Positions 1-8,900 of a stretch of DNA of 35,757 nucleotides are shown in pieces. The position numbers and the translations under genes were made by a program. The DNA is from a virus. Lineage: Duplodnaviria > Caudoviricetes. The notes under the pieces are model-generated. The model was not told the DNA's origin. It searched no databases and was given only the letters and a program-made list of their open reading frames with translations. The DNA is taken from IMG/VR virus record IMGVR_UViG_3300032292_000823, positions 1-35,757 of that record. One strand, 5' to 3'. Numbering within the stretch: the first letter of the stretch is position 1; each line of letters begins with the position of its first letter.

Positions 1-113
1 CCCAGGGCACCCCATCGCGCAGCAGTCCGCAGCACCCCCACCCCCACCCAAGCGCCGCCAGGGGGGTTCATTCCACCCCCTACCTCTCTACGATTTCCGG
101 TCACAAACACCTT

Positions 114-125
114 CCCTACCTAGGG
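114..125. promoter_or_regulatory. palindromic operator-like site CCCTA-CC-TAGGG
   Basis: Perfect 5-2-5 inverted repeat upstream of terminase; related copies at 6893-6904 and 19466-19477. Confidence 0.45.
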
Positions 126-230
126 TGGGTCCCTTGCGCCCCGACGCGCCTCTGCCCCACCCCCTCCCCTCCCCCGTTAGCCACCGGAGCAAACTTGTTA
201 CCCTATGTACATACCAGCGCATGAGTATGT

Positions 231-1583
231 GTGGGCGTATTGGCTACGGTCCCTGGCGGTAAATGCCTCGAAGCGCCGATAGCTAGCGCCACAAGATGCA
301 CTCGTAAGTACAGCGACCTGCGCACGGAGATCTACGACGCCCTTCTCCCACCCCAGAAGGAGTTTGTGGACGACACGGAGCACATGCTTTTGGGTTATTG
401 CGCCGGATTCGGCGCGGGCAAGACCTTTGCGCTCACGGCAAAGGCAGTTTTCATGGCAATGGACAACCCAAACACCGTCGCCGCCGTCTTCGAGCCCACC
501 AGCGTCATGTTGCGCGACGTGTGGATGCGCAGCTTCGACGATTTCCTTGAAAAATTCAACATCGACTACGACTTCCGGGTATCCCCCCAGCCGGAATACA
601 TCCTCCACCTGCCCCACGGCCCCTGCACCCTGCTCTGCCGCACCACCGAAACCACAAATCGCATCCGAGGCACCAACCTCAGCTTTGCGTTGGTGGACGA
701 AATCGACACCTCCCCCGCCGACGTAGCGCAAAAAGCATCAGAAATGATCTTGGCGCGATTACGGGGTGGAAAACGTCCTCAACTCGCCGTCGCATCCACC
801 CCAGAGGGTTACAACTGGATGTGGAAGACGTTCGACGAACAAGCCGGCGACGACAGGCGCCTCATTCGCGCCAAGACCACCGACAACCCCCACCTCCCCC
901 CAGGCTTCATCGAAAGCCTGTACGCCTCCTACCCTCCCCAGTTAATCGCCTCCTACATCGAGGGCAACTTCACCGCCCTAGACAAAACAACGGTCTACTC
1001 ATACTTCGATCGCGACATCCACTGGAGTGACGAAGAACTACGCGAAGACGACCGCATCTACGTCGGCGCTGACTTCAACGTGGGCAACTGTTTCCTCGAA
1101 GTGTGCGTCAGGCGTAACGACGTATTCCACTTCCTAGACGAACTACACCCAAAGGACACCCCATCCGTCGCGGCCATGTTGAACGACCGCTACCCCCGCC
1201 ACATCGAACGCGGTCTCTTAACGGTGGTCCCCGACGCCGCCTCAAAGCACCGCACCACCACAAACGCCGCCGAATCAGACCTCGCCATCCTGAAGCGCAA
1301 CGGCCTCCACGTCAAAGTTCAAAACTCCAACCCCCTTGTCGCCGATCGCGTCAACAGCATGAACGTGCTCCTCCTGCACAACCGCCTGCGGGTCCACCCC
1401 CGGTGCAAGTACCTCATCCGCGCCCTCGAAACGCAGACCTACAACGCCAAAGGCACCCCCGACAAAAGCGGCCTCGGTCTGGACGACAAATCGGGCCCCG
1501 TGGATGCCGCCGGTTATGTCGTCCACAGCCTGGCCGGCCTAAAGCGCTATCAAACAGGCGGCAGCAACTTCATTTACAAGTAA
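231..1583 (+). CDS. terL: terminase large subunit
   Basis: Walker A AGFGAGKT, Walker B FALVDEID, coupling motif STPEG, RNase H-like GADFN, C-terminal D..DA; directly upstream of portal. Confidence 0.95.
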   Translation: MGVLATVPGGKCLEAPIASATRCTRKYSDLRTEIYDALLPPQKEFVDDTEHMLLGYCAGFGAGKTFALTAKAVFMAMDNPNTVAAVFEPTSVMLRDVWMRSFDDFLEKFNIDYDFRVSPQPEYILHLPHGPCTLLCRTTETTNRIRGTNLSFALVDEIDTSPADVAQKASEMILARLRGGKRPQLAVASTPEGYNWMWKTFDEQAGDDRRLIRAKTTDNPHLPPGFIESLYASYPPQLIASYIEGNFTALDKTTVYSYFDRDIHWSDEELREDDRIYVGADFNVGNCFLEVCVRRNDVFHFLDELHPKDTPSVAAMLNDRYPRHIERGLLTVVPDAASKHRTTTNAAESDLAILKRNGLHVKVQNSNPLVADRVNSMNVLLLHNRLRVHPRCKYLIRALETQTYNAKGTPDKSGLGLDDKSGPVDAAGYVVHSLAGLKRYQTGGSNFIYK

Positions 1584-1604
1584 ACCGCGCTTTTGCGCCG
1601 CAAC

Positions 1605-1614
1605 GGAAACCTCG
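1605..1614 (+). promoter_or_regulatory. late-promoter motif GGAAACCTCG
   Basis: Intergenic, 23 nt before portal ATG; one of 15 copies. Confidence 0.75.
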
Positions 1615-1637
1615 GGTACGCAATGTAGATCGCCGGG

Positions 1638-3227
1638 ATGGCCGCAAACAACAGCTCCTACCCCGGTTACGACTTCACCGCGCCGCCCGTACTCCTTGCT
1701 TCCCAATCGTTCACGCGCTCTGCCATCCCCGCCCCAGCCGGAGCACCCGACGACCCTGCAGTTAGGAGCAACGCGGTACGGGCGATGCTGCCCAAGTGGG
1801 ACCCCATCAACGTGTGCATTGGCGGAACCGCCGCATTGCGCAAAGACGCCCGCCGCCTAATCCCCAGCGAACCCCGCGAAGACCCCGAAAGCTATAAGCG
1901 CCGGATCTTCCACGCCGTCCTCCCCCCATTCCTCCAGCGCCTTGCGTCTCAAGCCGCCGGTCTAATCCTGCGCAAGGGCATCCAACTACAGGGTGACCCT
2001 TACTGGGAGGAGTGGGCCCAGAACGTATGCGGTGACGGCACCACGCTGAACAGTTTTGCCCGCCAGCAACTGGAAACCGCCCTGCTGTACGGCCACAGCA
2101 GCGCAATCGTGGACTACCCCCCGATCCAAGCTGCCAACCTCGCCGCCCAACGCGCCAACAACGCCAAGCCCTATCTAATCCACGTCAACCCCCAGTCAAT
2201 ACGCGGCTGGCGCACCGAAAACAACAACCCCCAGGCCCCCCTGACCCAAGTCCGCATCCACGAGATTGCGCTCGAAGACGTGGGCCGCTTCGGAGAAGAG
2301 GAAGTGGAGCAGGTGCGCGTTTTGGAGAAAGGTCGTTATGAGTTATGGCGCAAAGAAGGGGGTGCGGGCTGGGGCATCTACGAATCCGGCACCACCGACC
2401 TCGACCGCATCCCGCTTGTCACGGTTTACGGCAACCGCCTTTCCACCCTCACCAGCAACCCACCCCTGCTGGAAGTCGCCTACCTAAACATCGCCTACGC
2501 CCAGCGTTTCTGCGATTTCATGCACAGCATCCACGTCGGCGCCATGCCGATCCTGACGATGCGCGGCTTCGACCCCGATGCCGACTCTCCTGTGGGCATC
2601 AGCGTCAACACTGCAGTCCTCCTCCCAGTTGACGGCGGCGCCGAATACATCGCCCCCACGACCGACGCCTTCGACTCCCAACTCAAATGCCTGGAAGCGC
2701 TCGAAGAGCAGATTTCCCGCCTCGGCATCAACACCCTCACCCGTCAAAACACCACCAACGCCGCTGCAGAAGCGAAACGAATGGATCGGATCGACAGCGA
2801 TTCGATCATGGCGCTGATTAGTGCCGACCTAGCCAACGCAATGACCAACATGTTGGAGATTGCCGCCCAGTACGTCGGGATCGAACCCCCAACAGTGGTG
2901 ATCGAGCAGGACTACGAGAACCGTCTAATCGACGGCAACCAGATCACCGCAATGCTCCAACTCTTCATGCAGAACGCGATCTCCCAAGAAACACTGCTGG
3001 AGATCCTGCAGCAGGGCGAAGTGCTCCCCGCCGGTCTGGACATCCAGGAGGAGATCACGCGCACCCAGGAGTACATCGACCAGCAAAACACCTCAATGGG
3101 TCTGGACCCATTAGCCCAGAACCCAGCGGCGTTAGACCGCACTAACGAAGCCAACGCAGGTCAAGGCGACTCCATTGCCAGCCAGACGCTCCCCACCCCG
3201 ATGCGCCCCGGTCGCAACCCGAACTAA
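1638..3227 (+). CDS. portal protein (DUF4055/SPP1-like)
   Basis: 529 aa after terL; PREDPESYKRR, RIPLVTVY and PPLLEVAYLNIAY segments typical of this portal family. Confidence 0.9.
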   Translation: MAANNSSYPGYDFTAPPVLLASQSFTRSAIPAPAGAPDDPAVRSNAVRAMLPKWDPINVCIGGTAALRKDARRLIPSEPREDPESYKRRIFHAVLPPFLQRLASQAAGLILRKGIQLQGDPYWEEWAQNVCGDGTTLNSFARQQLETALLYGHSSAIVDYPPIQAANLAAQRANNAKPYLIHVNPQSIRGWRTENNNPQAPLTQVRIHEIALEDVGRFGEEEVEQVRVLEKGRYELWRKEGGAGWGIYESGTTDLDRIPLVTVYGNRLSTLTSNPPLLEVAYLNIAYAQRFCDFMHSIHVGAMPILTMRGFDPDADSPVGISVNTAVLLPVDGGAEYIAPTTDAFDSQLKCLEALEEQISRLGINTLTRQNTTNAAAEAKRMDRIDSDSIMALISADLANAMTNMLEIAAQYVGIEPPTVVIEQDYENRLIDGNQITAMLQLFMQNAISQETLLEILQQGEVLPAGLDIQEEITRTQEYIDQQNTSMGLDPLAQNPAALDRTNEANAGQGDSIASQTLPTPMRPGRNPN

Positions 3228-3251
3228 TCCCCACCCCCCAGTCGGTGAGTT

Positions 3252-4094
3252 GTGACCCCAGACGAATACCTAATCGCCTCCTACGCCGTTCTCTCTAAGA
3301 ACGAGCGCAACGTGCAGGACAAGATCAAAGCGCTACTGCTTTTGCTGTTGTGGCGTCTACGCCAATCGCTCCTCGCTTCCCTCCCCAGCACCGGGATGAG
3401 CAGATACGTCATTTGGAGTTCCCTACTCCCAACCCTCACATACGAGCTACGCGACTACAACAACGCCTTCCGCACCATCCTCCTGCAAGAACTAGAGGCG
3501 ATTGAGCGTGAGCACGTTGCCCGCGCCTCTTCCTACGCAGGGCTTGCCGCCACGTTGCGCGACTACAAACCCCGCACGGGAGACACCCTGCTCAAGACCA
3601 CCCGCTCCGGCGGCAGGACACTCTTTGCACTCTTCGAGGTAAACCCCATCACCGGCACCAGCCCGTTCATGGACACCCACCTGCGATCAATCCGCGCCAA
3701 GGTTGAAACCGGCCTAATGCGCGAAGACAGCACAATCGAGATCGCCCGGACGGTTGTAGCAGAACGCACGAGGCGTGGCTATGTGCAACCCAAAAACGCC
3801 AGAGGCACAACTTACAGCGCCATTTTGAACCGCGACAACGCGCTAATTGCCAACGCAGTGTGGGACGTTAGCGGCAACGTCGAACGCGCAATCTTCGCCC
3901 GCCAACAACAAAAAACCGCCACCTCCCCAGCTCCCTTCGCCTCCGGTGGCTGGGTATGGCACAGCATTCTGGACCCCAAGACCTGCCCCATCTGTCGCCC
4001 CCTCGACGGAAGACGCGGCGCAACACAAACCGACTTCCCTTATATCCCCCCAGTCCACCCCCGGTGCCGCTGCCGCATCCTCCCGGCAACCTAG
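3252..4094 (+). CDS. minor head morphogenesis protein (MuF / SPP1 gp7-like)
   Basis: C-terminal WHSILDPKTCPICRPLDG...PPVHPRCRC signature; located after portal. Confidence 0.88.
   Translation: MTPDEYLIASYAVLSKNERNVQDKIKALLLLLLWRLRQSLLASLPSTGMSRYVIWSSLLPTLTYELRDYNNAFRTILLQELEAIEREHVARASSYAGLAATLRDYKPRTGDTLLKTTRSGGRTLFALFEVNPITGTSPFMDTHLRSIRAKVETGLMREDSTIEIARTVVAERTRRGYVQPKNARGTTYSAILNRDNALIANAVWDVSGNVERAIFARQQQKTATSPAPFASGGWVWHSILDPKTCPICRPLDGRRGATQTDFPYIPPVHPRCRCRILPAT
4085..4094 (+). promoter_or_regulatory. late-promoter motif GGCAACCTAG
   Basis: Its TAG is the MuF stop codon; 21 nt before scaffold ATG. Confidence 0.75.
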
Positions 4095-4115
4095 AGCGTT
4101 CACATTATCCTCCAC

Positions 4116-4844
4116 ATGACTGAGCAAGTCGTGGGAGTTCCTCCCGTGGAGGAACAAGTTGGGTCCGTGACTCAGCAATCCACACCCCCAGTTTCTGACG
4201 ATTCTTCAGCACTTCGCACCAAGCTCGAACTCGTACAACGAGATAACGCAGCTAAAGGCGAAGCCAACAAGAAGCTCAACGAGCGACTTGGCGAACTTGA
4301 AAAAATCCTCAGGGACAACGAAGCTCAGCTGAAGTCCACCACACAACAGTCCCTCGCCAATAGCGGCGAGTACAAACAGTTGTGGGACGACGCCAAAGCT
4401 GAAAACGCAAAGTTGGTGCAGCGCATCAGCGACCTGGAAGCCCAGTTGACCTCAAAGGAAGCGGCTGTTGAGCAGGAGCGCCTACGCGCAGCTGCCATCC
4501 AGCAAATGAGCACCAGCGGTGCTCTATCCCCGGAGCAACTGTACGGCCTTCTCGCCCCTCAACTCCGCGACTCATCCGGCATTCCGGTTGTCGTTGTAAA
4601 CGGAATTGAGCAACCCCTTGCAACACACCTGACCAGTTTGCGGTCAGCAGGTAGCGGATGGGACCACCATTTTGCTGCAACAGCAAGTCGAGGTATGGGC
4701 GCCAGCCTTTCAGCACCTAACGCAGCGAGCGGTATGACAAATCCGTTCAAACGCGAGACGCGCAACATCACCGAGGCGTTGCGACTGGAGGTCGAAAATC
4801 CCGAGCTAGCCCAGCTTCTCAAAGCCGAGGCCGCTCGCGGGTAA
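4116..4844 (+). CDS. capsid scaffolding protein
   Basis: Coiled-coil rich, GEYKQLW motif, C-terminal NPF..N.TE helix; immediately upstream of major capsid gene. Confidence 0.8.
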   Translation: MTEQVVGVPPVEEQVGSVTQQSTPPVSDDSSALRTKLELVQRDNAAKGEANKKLNERLGELEKILRDNEAQLKSTTQQSLANSGEYKQLWDDAKAENAKLVQRISDLEAQLTSKEAAVEQERLRAAAIQQMSTSGALSPEQLYGLLAPQLRDSSGIPVVVVNGIEQPLATHLTSLRSAGSGWDHHFAATASRGMGASLSAPNAASGMTNPFKRETRNITEALRLEVENPELAQLLKAEAARG

Positions 4845-4872
4845 TTCACGGTAAACCCCGCCTTTTTTAACA

Positions 4873-5949
4873 ATGGCCCAACAAAACCTGGGAGGAACTT
4901 TCCTCTCCGACCTGATCACCCGTCCCGAGTTCCTCTCCTACACCAGTGAGCGGATCTTCGAGCAATCTGCCTTCCTGCAGTCGGGTGTTATCACCCGTAA
5001 CGCAGCTCTGGATGCCCGCGCAGGCGGCACCCGTGTTCGCGTCCCCTTCTTCGATTTCATCAACCCAAATGAAGAAGTAATCACCAGCGGGAATAGCTGG
5101 GGCACGTCTGGCGCCGGTTATCTGACCAGCCAGAACGTGACTGCCGACGAGCAGATCATGACGATCCTGCATCGCGGCTTCCAATTTGGCACGGACGACC
5201 TCAGCCGCTACGGCTCCGGCGCTGACCCCTTAGGTCATGTTGCCAACCAGCTGGCCGCCTCGATCGCCAAGAAGAAGACCGGCACCATGCTGGCCCAAAT
5301 CGGCGGTCTATTCGGCAACATCTCCGGCTCCGGCGTGTTGGGTGCTAACACCCAAAACGTGACCGGCACCACCAGCGCCACCGCTGCCAACTACCTGACC
5401 GCCGCCAACGTGGTCAAGGCCAAGAGCAAGCTGGGTGAGCGGGGTTCCGAGCTGACCGCAATCGCCATGCACTCCAGCGTAGCCAACTACCTGGAGGAAA
5501 CTGGCTACATGCAAGTGCAGGTAAGCGGTAGCTCCCTCTCCTCCGCCAGCGGCCTTGCTGGCGTCTCCTACAACACCTTTGCCGGTCTTCGCGTCATCGT
5601 TGACGACCAGCTGGGTGTGATCACCGGAGGCACCGCTACCCACCTGAACAAGTACCCCGTGTACCTGTTCGGCGCTGGCGTAATTGCTGAGGGCATCCAA
5701 CAGGATCTGCGCGTCGAAACCGACCGCAACAAGAGCAGCTTCCAGGACCTGCTGATCGTGGATTACCACTACGGTTACCACGTCGCTGGAACAAAGTGGG
5801 CTGCCGCAGGAGACAACCCCACCAACGCTGCCACCACCGGCAACCTTGGCGCCACCGCCTCCTGGAGCCTGGCCTACAACAACATCAAGAACGTGCCCCT
5901 GGTGCGCTTGCTCGTCAACACCCCCTACGACACTGGCGTCTACGCCTGA
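4873..5949 (+). CDS. major capsid protein
   Basis: 358 aa after scaffold, strong codon bias, AIAMHS..GLRVIVDD..VETDRN pattern of HK97-fold coat proteins, followed by a terminator. Confidence 0.9.
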   Translation: MAQQNLGGTFLSDLITRPEFLSYTSERIFEQSAFLQSGVITRNAALDARAGGTRVRVPFFDFINPNEEVITSGNSWGTSGAGYLTSQNVTADEQIMTILHRGFQFGTDDLSRYGSGADPLGHVANQLAASIAKKKTGTMLAQIGGLFGNISGSGVLGANTQNVTGTTSATAANYLTAANVVKAKSKLGERGSELTAIAMHSSVANYLEETGYMQVQVSGSSLSSASGLAGVSYNTFAGLRVIVDDQLGVITGGTATHLNKYPVYLFGAGVIAEGIQQDLRVETDRNKSSFQDLLIVDYHYGYHVAGTKWAAAGDNPTNAATTGNLGATASWSLAYNNIKNVPLVRLLVNTPYDTGVYA

Positions 5950-5966
5950 TCGTCAACGGTGCATCC

Positions 5967-5996
5967 AACCCCCGCCCAGCGCGGGGGTTTTTTATT
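5967..5996 (+). terminator. intrinsic terminator after major capsid gene
   Basis: AACCCCCGC-CCAGC-GCGGGGGTT stem followed by T tract; lies between convergent genes. Confidence 0.85.
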
Positions 5997-6282
5997 GCCC
6001 AGCCACCCGCATCTGCTCCTGACGATCAAACACCCCAATGGTGTCCACCGTCATCTTGTAGCTCTGCAGCATCACCTGATTGACGAGCACATAACTCAGC
6101 TCCAACTTCTCAGCAATCTCAGGCACCGACACCCCAGCCTCTTTCATCTCACGCACCAGCGGCACAACATCTTCCCATTTCCGCACCGCACCAACCTGCG
6201 CTTCCTCCGCCTTCACAGCTTTTTTGCGCACGGTTTTTACCACCGGCTTCTCATCAGCTACAGGTTGAACGTCGAACTCCAT
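5992..6282 (-). CDS. small helix-turn-helix protein
   Basis: GVSVPEIAEKLELSYVLVNQV HTH-like segment; fills the gap between genes and has its own motif copy at 6303-6312. Confidence 0.7.
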   Translation of the reverse strand: MEFDVQPVADEKPVVKTVRKKAVKAEEAQVGAVRKWEDVVPLVREMKEAGVSVPEIAEKLELSYVLVNQVMLQSYKMTVDTIGVFDRQEQMRVAGQ

Positions 6283-6302
6283 TGTGCTTTGTGGCGTGTA
6301 AC

Positions 6303-6312
6303 CGAAGTTGCC
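6303..6312 (-). promoter_or_regulatory. late-promoter motif GGCAACTTCG (minus strand)
   Basis: 20 nt upstream of the ATG at 6282; back-to-back with the + copy at 6318. Confidence 0.72.
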
Positions 6313-6317
6313 TGCAG

Positions 6318-6327
6318 GGAAACTTAG
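6318..6327 (+). promoter_or_regulatory. late-promoter motif GGAAACTTAG
   Basis: Upstream of head-tail adaptor gene. Confidence 0.75.
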
Positions 6328-6345
6328 GGAACAGTGCAGCGTGAC

Positions 6346-6888
6346 ATGGCGGCCTCAATCATTGCTACAGCAGGCGCAGCCGATGCCAACAGCTACATCA
6401 CGCTTGCTGCTGCCCAGGTAATTGCAGATAACAACCTCAACAATGCCGCGTGGGACGACGCAAGTTCCGACACCCGCACCCGCGCCCTAATCAGCGCCAC
6501 CAGCGCCCTCGACACCCTCAGCTACATCGGATCGCGCACCAGCACAACCCAAGCCCTCTGCTGGCCCCGCAAATACGCCTACACCAGTGAGCGCGATTAC
6601 ACCGACACAGAAATCCCAAGCGAACTAGCGGACGCCACCTTCGACCTAGCAAGCGCCCTTATCACCACCCCCACGCTCCTCACCCAAACCACCGCCTCCA
6701 GCTCCCTGATCCCCAACATCGCCAACAGCGACCTAAAGCGCGTCAAGCTCGACGTAATGGAGATCGAGTGGCGCAGCGCCAACAACCAACGCATCACCCC
6801 CCTGACAGCCCTCCCCCACCTCAAACAACTCCTCGCCCCGCTGCTTGGCGTGATCCCAGGCCCCACAATCGCCATCACCCGCAGCTAA
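6346..6888 (+). CDS. head-tail adaptor/connector (DnaT-like domain family)
   Basis: ANSYITLA..ALISAT..QALCWPR..IP motifs; position after capsid gene; start ATG 6346 or GTG 6334. Confidence 0.75.
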   Translation: MAASIIATAGAADANSYITLAAAQVIADNNLNNAAWDDASSDTRTRALISATSALDTLSYIGSRTSTTQALCWPRKYAYTSERDYTDTEIPSELADATFDLASALITTPTLLTQTTASSSLIPNIANSDLKRVKLDVMEIEWRSANNQRITPLTALPHLKQLLAPLLGVIPGPTIAITRS

Positions 6889-6892
6889 CCCA

Positions 6893-6904
6893 ACCTAGAT
6901 AGGG
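6893..6904. promoter_or_regulatory. palindromic operator-like site ACCTA-GA-TAGGG
   Basis: One mismatch to CCCTA-N2-TAGGG; between adaptor stop and sigma gene, just before a TACACT box (6910-6915). Confidence 0.45.
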
Positions 6905-6921
6905 ATCCTTACACTAAGGGG

Positions 6922-7476
6922 GTGACAGTTTGCCACTCCCCTGTGACTGAAGTGCGCCCCAAGCCGCGCCGCCCCAGAACGGGGCACTTAGCGAAGCCGC
7001 TAAGTAACGAGGAGCGCAGTGCAATCGGCCAGATGTACCGGGACCACCGGGGTCTTCTGCGCCTAATGGGCCGGAAGATGTGTCGCAAGTACCCCTTCGT
7101 AAGTAGCGACGACCTCTTCTCGTGCATCGACACAGGCTTCATCAAAACGTGCCGCGCCTGGAACCCAGCCAAGGGCACCTTTTCCACTCTCCTCACCGTC
7201 TTCTGCGAAGGCGACATCCTGCACTTCATCCGTGACAACAACTGGATGGTGAAGGCCCCAGGCAGTGTGCGCCGCAACGGCCAGCTCGCCCGCAAGATGC
7301 TGAACAACGGCTACAGCACAGAGGACATCTTGCTGAAGCTAGAGATTACGGACGAAGCGCTGCGGTTGGCACTGGTTGCCACCCAACCAACGGACCACGA
7401 CATCCGGGGCTTCGACCTTCACATTTGCCCCCGCGCCACCCCCTGGGAGCAATTAGAGGCAAACGAAGACGAGTAA
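6922..7476 (+). CDS. short SigF/SigB-like sigma factor (regions 2-3, no region 4)
   Basis: DDLFSCIDTGFIKTCRAWNPAKGTFST..EGDILHFIRDNNWMVKAP matches sigma70 regions 2.2-2.4 of the SigF/SigB type; one region-3-like HTH, then the protein ends at 184 aa. Confidence 0.8.
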   Translation: MTVCHSPVTEVRPKPRRPRTGHLAKPLSNEERSAIGQMYRDHRGLLRLMGRKMCRKYPFVSSDDLFSCIDTGFIKTCRAWNPAKGTFSTLLTVFCEGDILHFIRDNNWMVKAPGSVRRNGQLARKMLNNGYSTEDILLKLEITDEALRLALVATQPTDHDIRGFDLHICPRATPWEQLEANEDE

Positions 7477-7486
7477 GGAAACCTAG
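7477..7486 (+). promoter_or_regulatory. late-promoter motif GGAAACCTAG
   Basis: Directly after sigma stop; 24 nt before tail tube ATG. Confidence 0.78.
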
Positions 7487-7510
7487 AACAAACCAACGCT
7501 TCTATTTGCA

Positions 7511-7987
7511 ATGGCTACTGGTGCCTTTTTCACGGCCCTCGGCTACCGCTTCTGGGTCAAAGCTGGCACCACGGCCAGCACCGCTCCGACCTCTAGCACC
7601 GGCATGACCGAAGTGCTGTCTCTGGAGAACGCAGGCATCCAAAGTTCTTCCGACACCACCGACGTTCTCGACTACGGCAGCCCCCAAGGCTTCAAAGCTA
7701 CCGTCGTAACCGGACAGTCGTACACCATCCCCTGCAGCCTCAACCTTTCATTGAAAGATGCGGGCTACCTGCTTCTGAAATCCGCATCTCTGAACGCAGC
7801 GGCAGGTTCTCTGGTGGAGTGGTACAGGGAGTCCCCTGAGCAAACAGTCGGCGGCACTCCTGAGAAGCACTCTGGCGTTGCATACGTCACCGACTTCTCC
7901 GAGGACGTTCAGGCAGGGTCGGTGGCCAAAGTGAGCTTCACCCTGACCGGCTACGGCGCCCCAACTTGGGTGATGGAAGACGACTAA
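7511..7987 (+). CDS. major tail tube protein
   Basis: 158 aa; GVAYVTDFSE..GSVAKVSFTLTGYGAP C-terminus typical of siphovirus tube proteins; own promoter motif and terminator. Confidence 0.85.
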   Translation: MATGAFFTALGYRFWVKAGTTASTAPTSSTGMTEVLSLENAGIQSSSDTTDVLDYGSPQGFKATVVTGQSYTIPCSLNLSLKDAGYLLLKSASLNAAAGSLVEWYRESPEQTVGGTPEKHSGVAYVTDFSEDVQAGSVAKVSFTLTGYGAPTWVMEDD

Positions 7988-8021
7988 TCTCCCCGACCCA
8001 CAGCGCCCTGCGCATCTCCAA

Positions 8022-8053
8022 CCCCCGTTGCCTCACCGCAGCGGGGGATTTTT
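8022..8053 (+). terminator. intrinsic terminator after tail tube gene
   Basis: CCCCCGTTGC-CTCACC-GCAGCGGGGG then ATTTTT; between convergent genes. Confidence 0.8.
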
Positions 8054-8486
8054 AGTAGGTGCCCAACTTATCAAAACGCTTTTGGATGTAGGCAAGCGGC
8101 TTGGTCTTCTCAATGGCAGGTGTGATCCAGTCCCGCTCCGGCGCGATGTAGGCATTGCGCAGCGTCCCGATCAAGTATCCACCTTCCAAAACCTCCTTCG
8201 AATACGGCGCAGTCCACTCAATCTTGAGCTGGACCTCTGCCCCCTGCAACGCAACTCTCGGCAGCGACTGCGACTTAACAAGCGTTCCTGTATCCACAAT
8301 ATCCCGCAAGCCAGCAGGCACAAGCTGCCCATTCTTCCTCAGTGTTGGTGTTGGCCAGTCAAATTGCTTATCCCTGATCTCCTTCTGCAACTGAAAGCCA
8401 ATGATCGGCCCAAACTCAAACAGGAACTCCCGAGTGCGCTTAGTGACGAAGCCGATATTCCGTTGCGTGACTTTGACTTTCGCCAT
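8052..8486 (-). CDS. neck/tail-completion protein (HK97 gp10-like)
   Basis: RDIVDTGTLVKS..WTAPYS..EGG..PERDW pattern. Confidence 0.7.
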   Translation of the reverse strand: MAKVKVTQRNIGFVTKRTREFLFEFGPIIGFQLQKEIRDKQFDWPTPTLRKNGQLVPAGLRDIVDTGTLVKSQSLPRVALQGAEVQLKIEWTAPYSKEVLEGGYLIGTLRNAYIAPERDWITPAIEKTKPLAYIQKRFDKLGTY

Positions 8487-8488
8487 CT

Positions 8489-8881
8489 CTACCTCTTCCT
8501 AGCCACCAGCTGCACCTTCTCCCCTAGCACCCGACAGACCACATCCCCGATGAGCCCCTGATTGCCGTAGGGCATCCGCAGCGCCTTCACTTCACAGACC
8601 TCCTCCACCTCCCCGGCAAACACGAGAGTGCCTTTGGTGCCAACGACAACACGAGGATCAATCGCCGTTGGCGCCACCGCGTACCCCTCGTAGAGCGTCT
8701 CGGTCACATCCACCCCCGGTAAGGCGGTGTACTCCACTTTGTCCGCCCGGAGGAACAACTGAACCTCCACGCTTTCTTCGACGGCTTGAACGTTGCCCGT
8801 ATTGGGATCGGTGACGACCCCACGTCCAGCCACTACGAATAGCGCGGTGGCGTTTACAAGGGCCGAGAGTGCTGAAGTCAT
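8489..8881 (-). CDS. putative head-closure/neck protein
   Basis: Beta-rich 130 aa with VVTDPNTGNV motif; ATG at 8881 lies 4 nt after a promoter motif; tightly coupled to the next gene. Confidence 0.55.
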   Translation of the reverse strand: MTSALSALVNATALFVVAGRGVVTDPNTGNVQAVEESVEVQLFLRADKVEYTALPGVDVTETLYEGYAVAPTAIDPRVVVGTKGTLVFAGEVEEVCEVKALRMPYGNQGLIGDVVCRVLGEKVQLVARKR

Positions 8882-8885
8882 GCCC

Positions 8886-8895
8886 CTAAGTTTCC
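8886..8895 (-). promoter_or_regulatory. late-promoter motif GGAAACTTAG (minus strand)
   Basis: 4 nt upstream of ATG 8881; back-to-back with + copy at 8901. Confidence 0.75.
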
Positions 8896-8900
8896 CCAGC

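Noticed and set aside
4844-4873. Scaffold-capsid readthrough fusion
   Set aside because: The genes are in different frames and no slippery site precedes the scaffold stop
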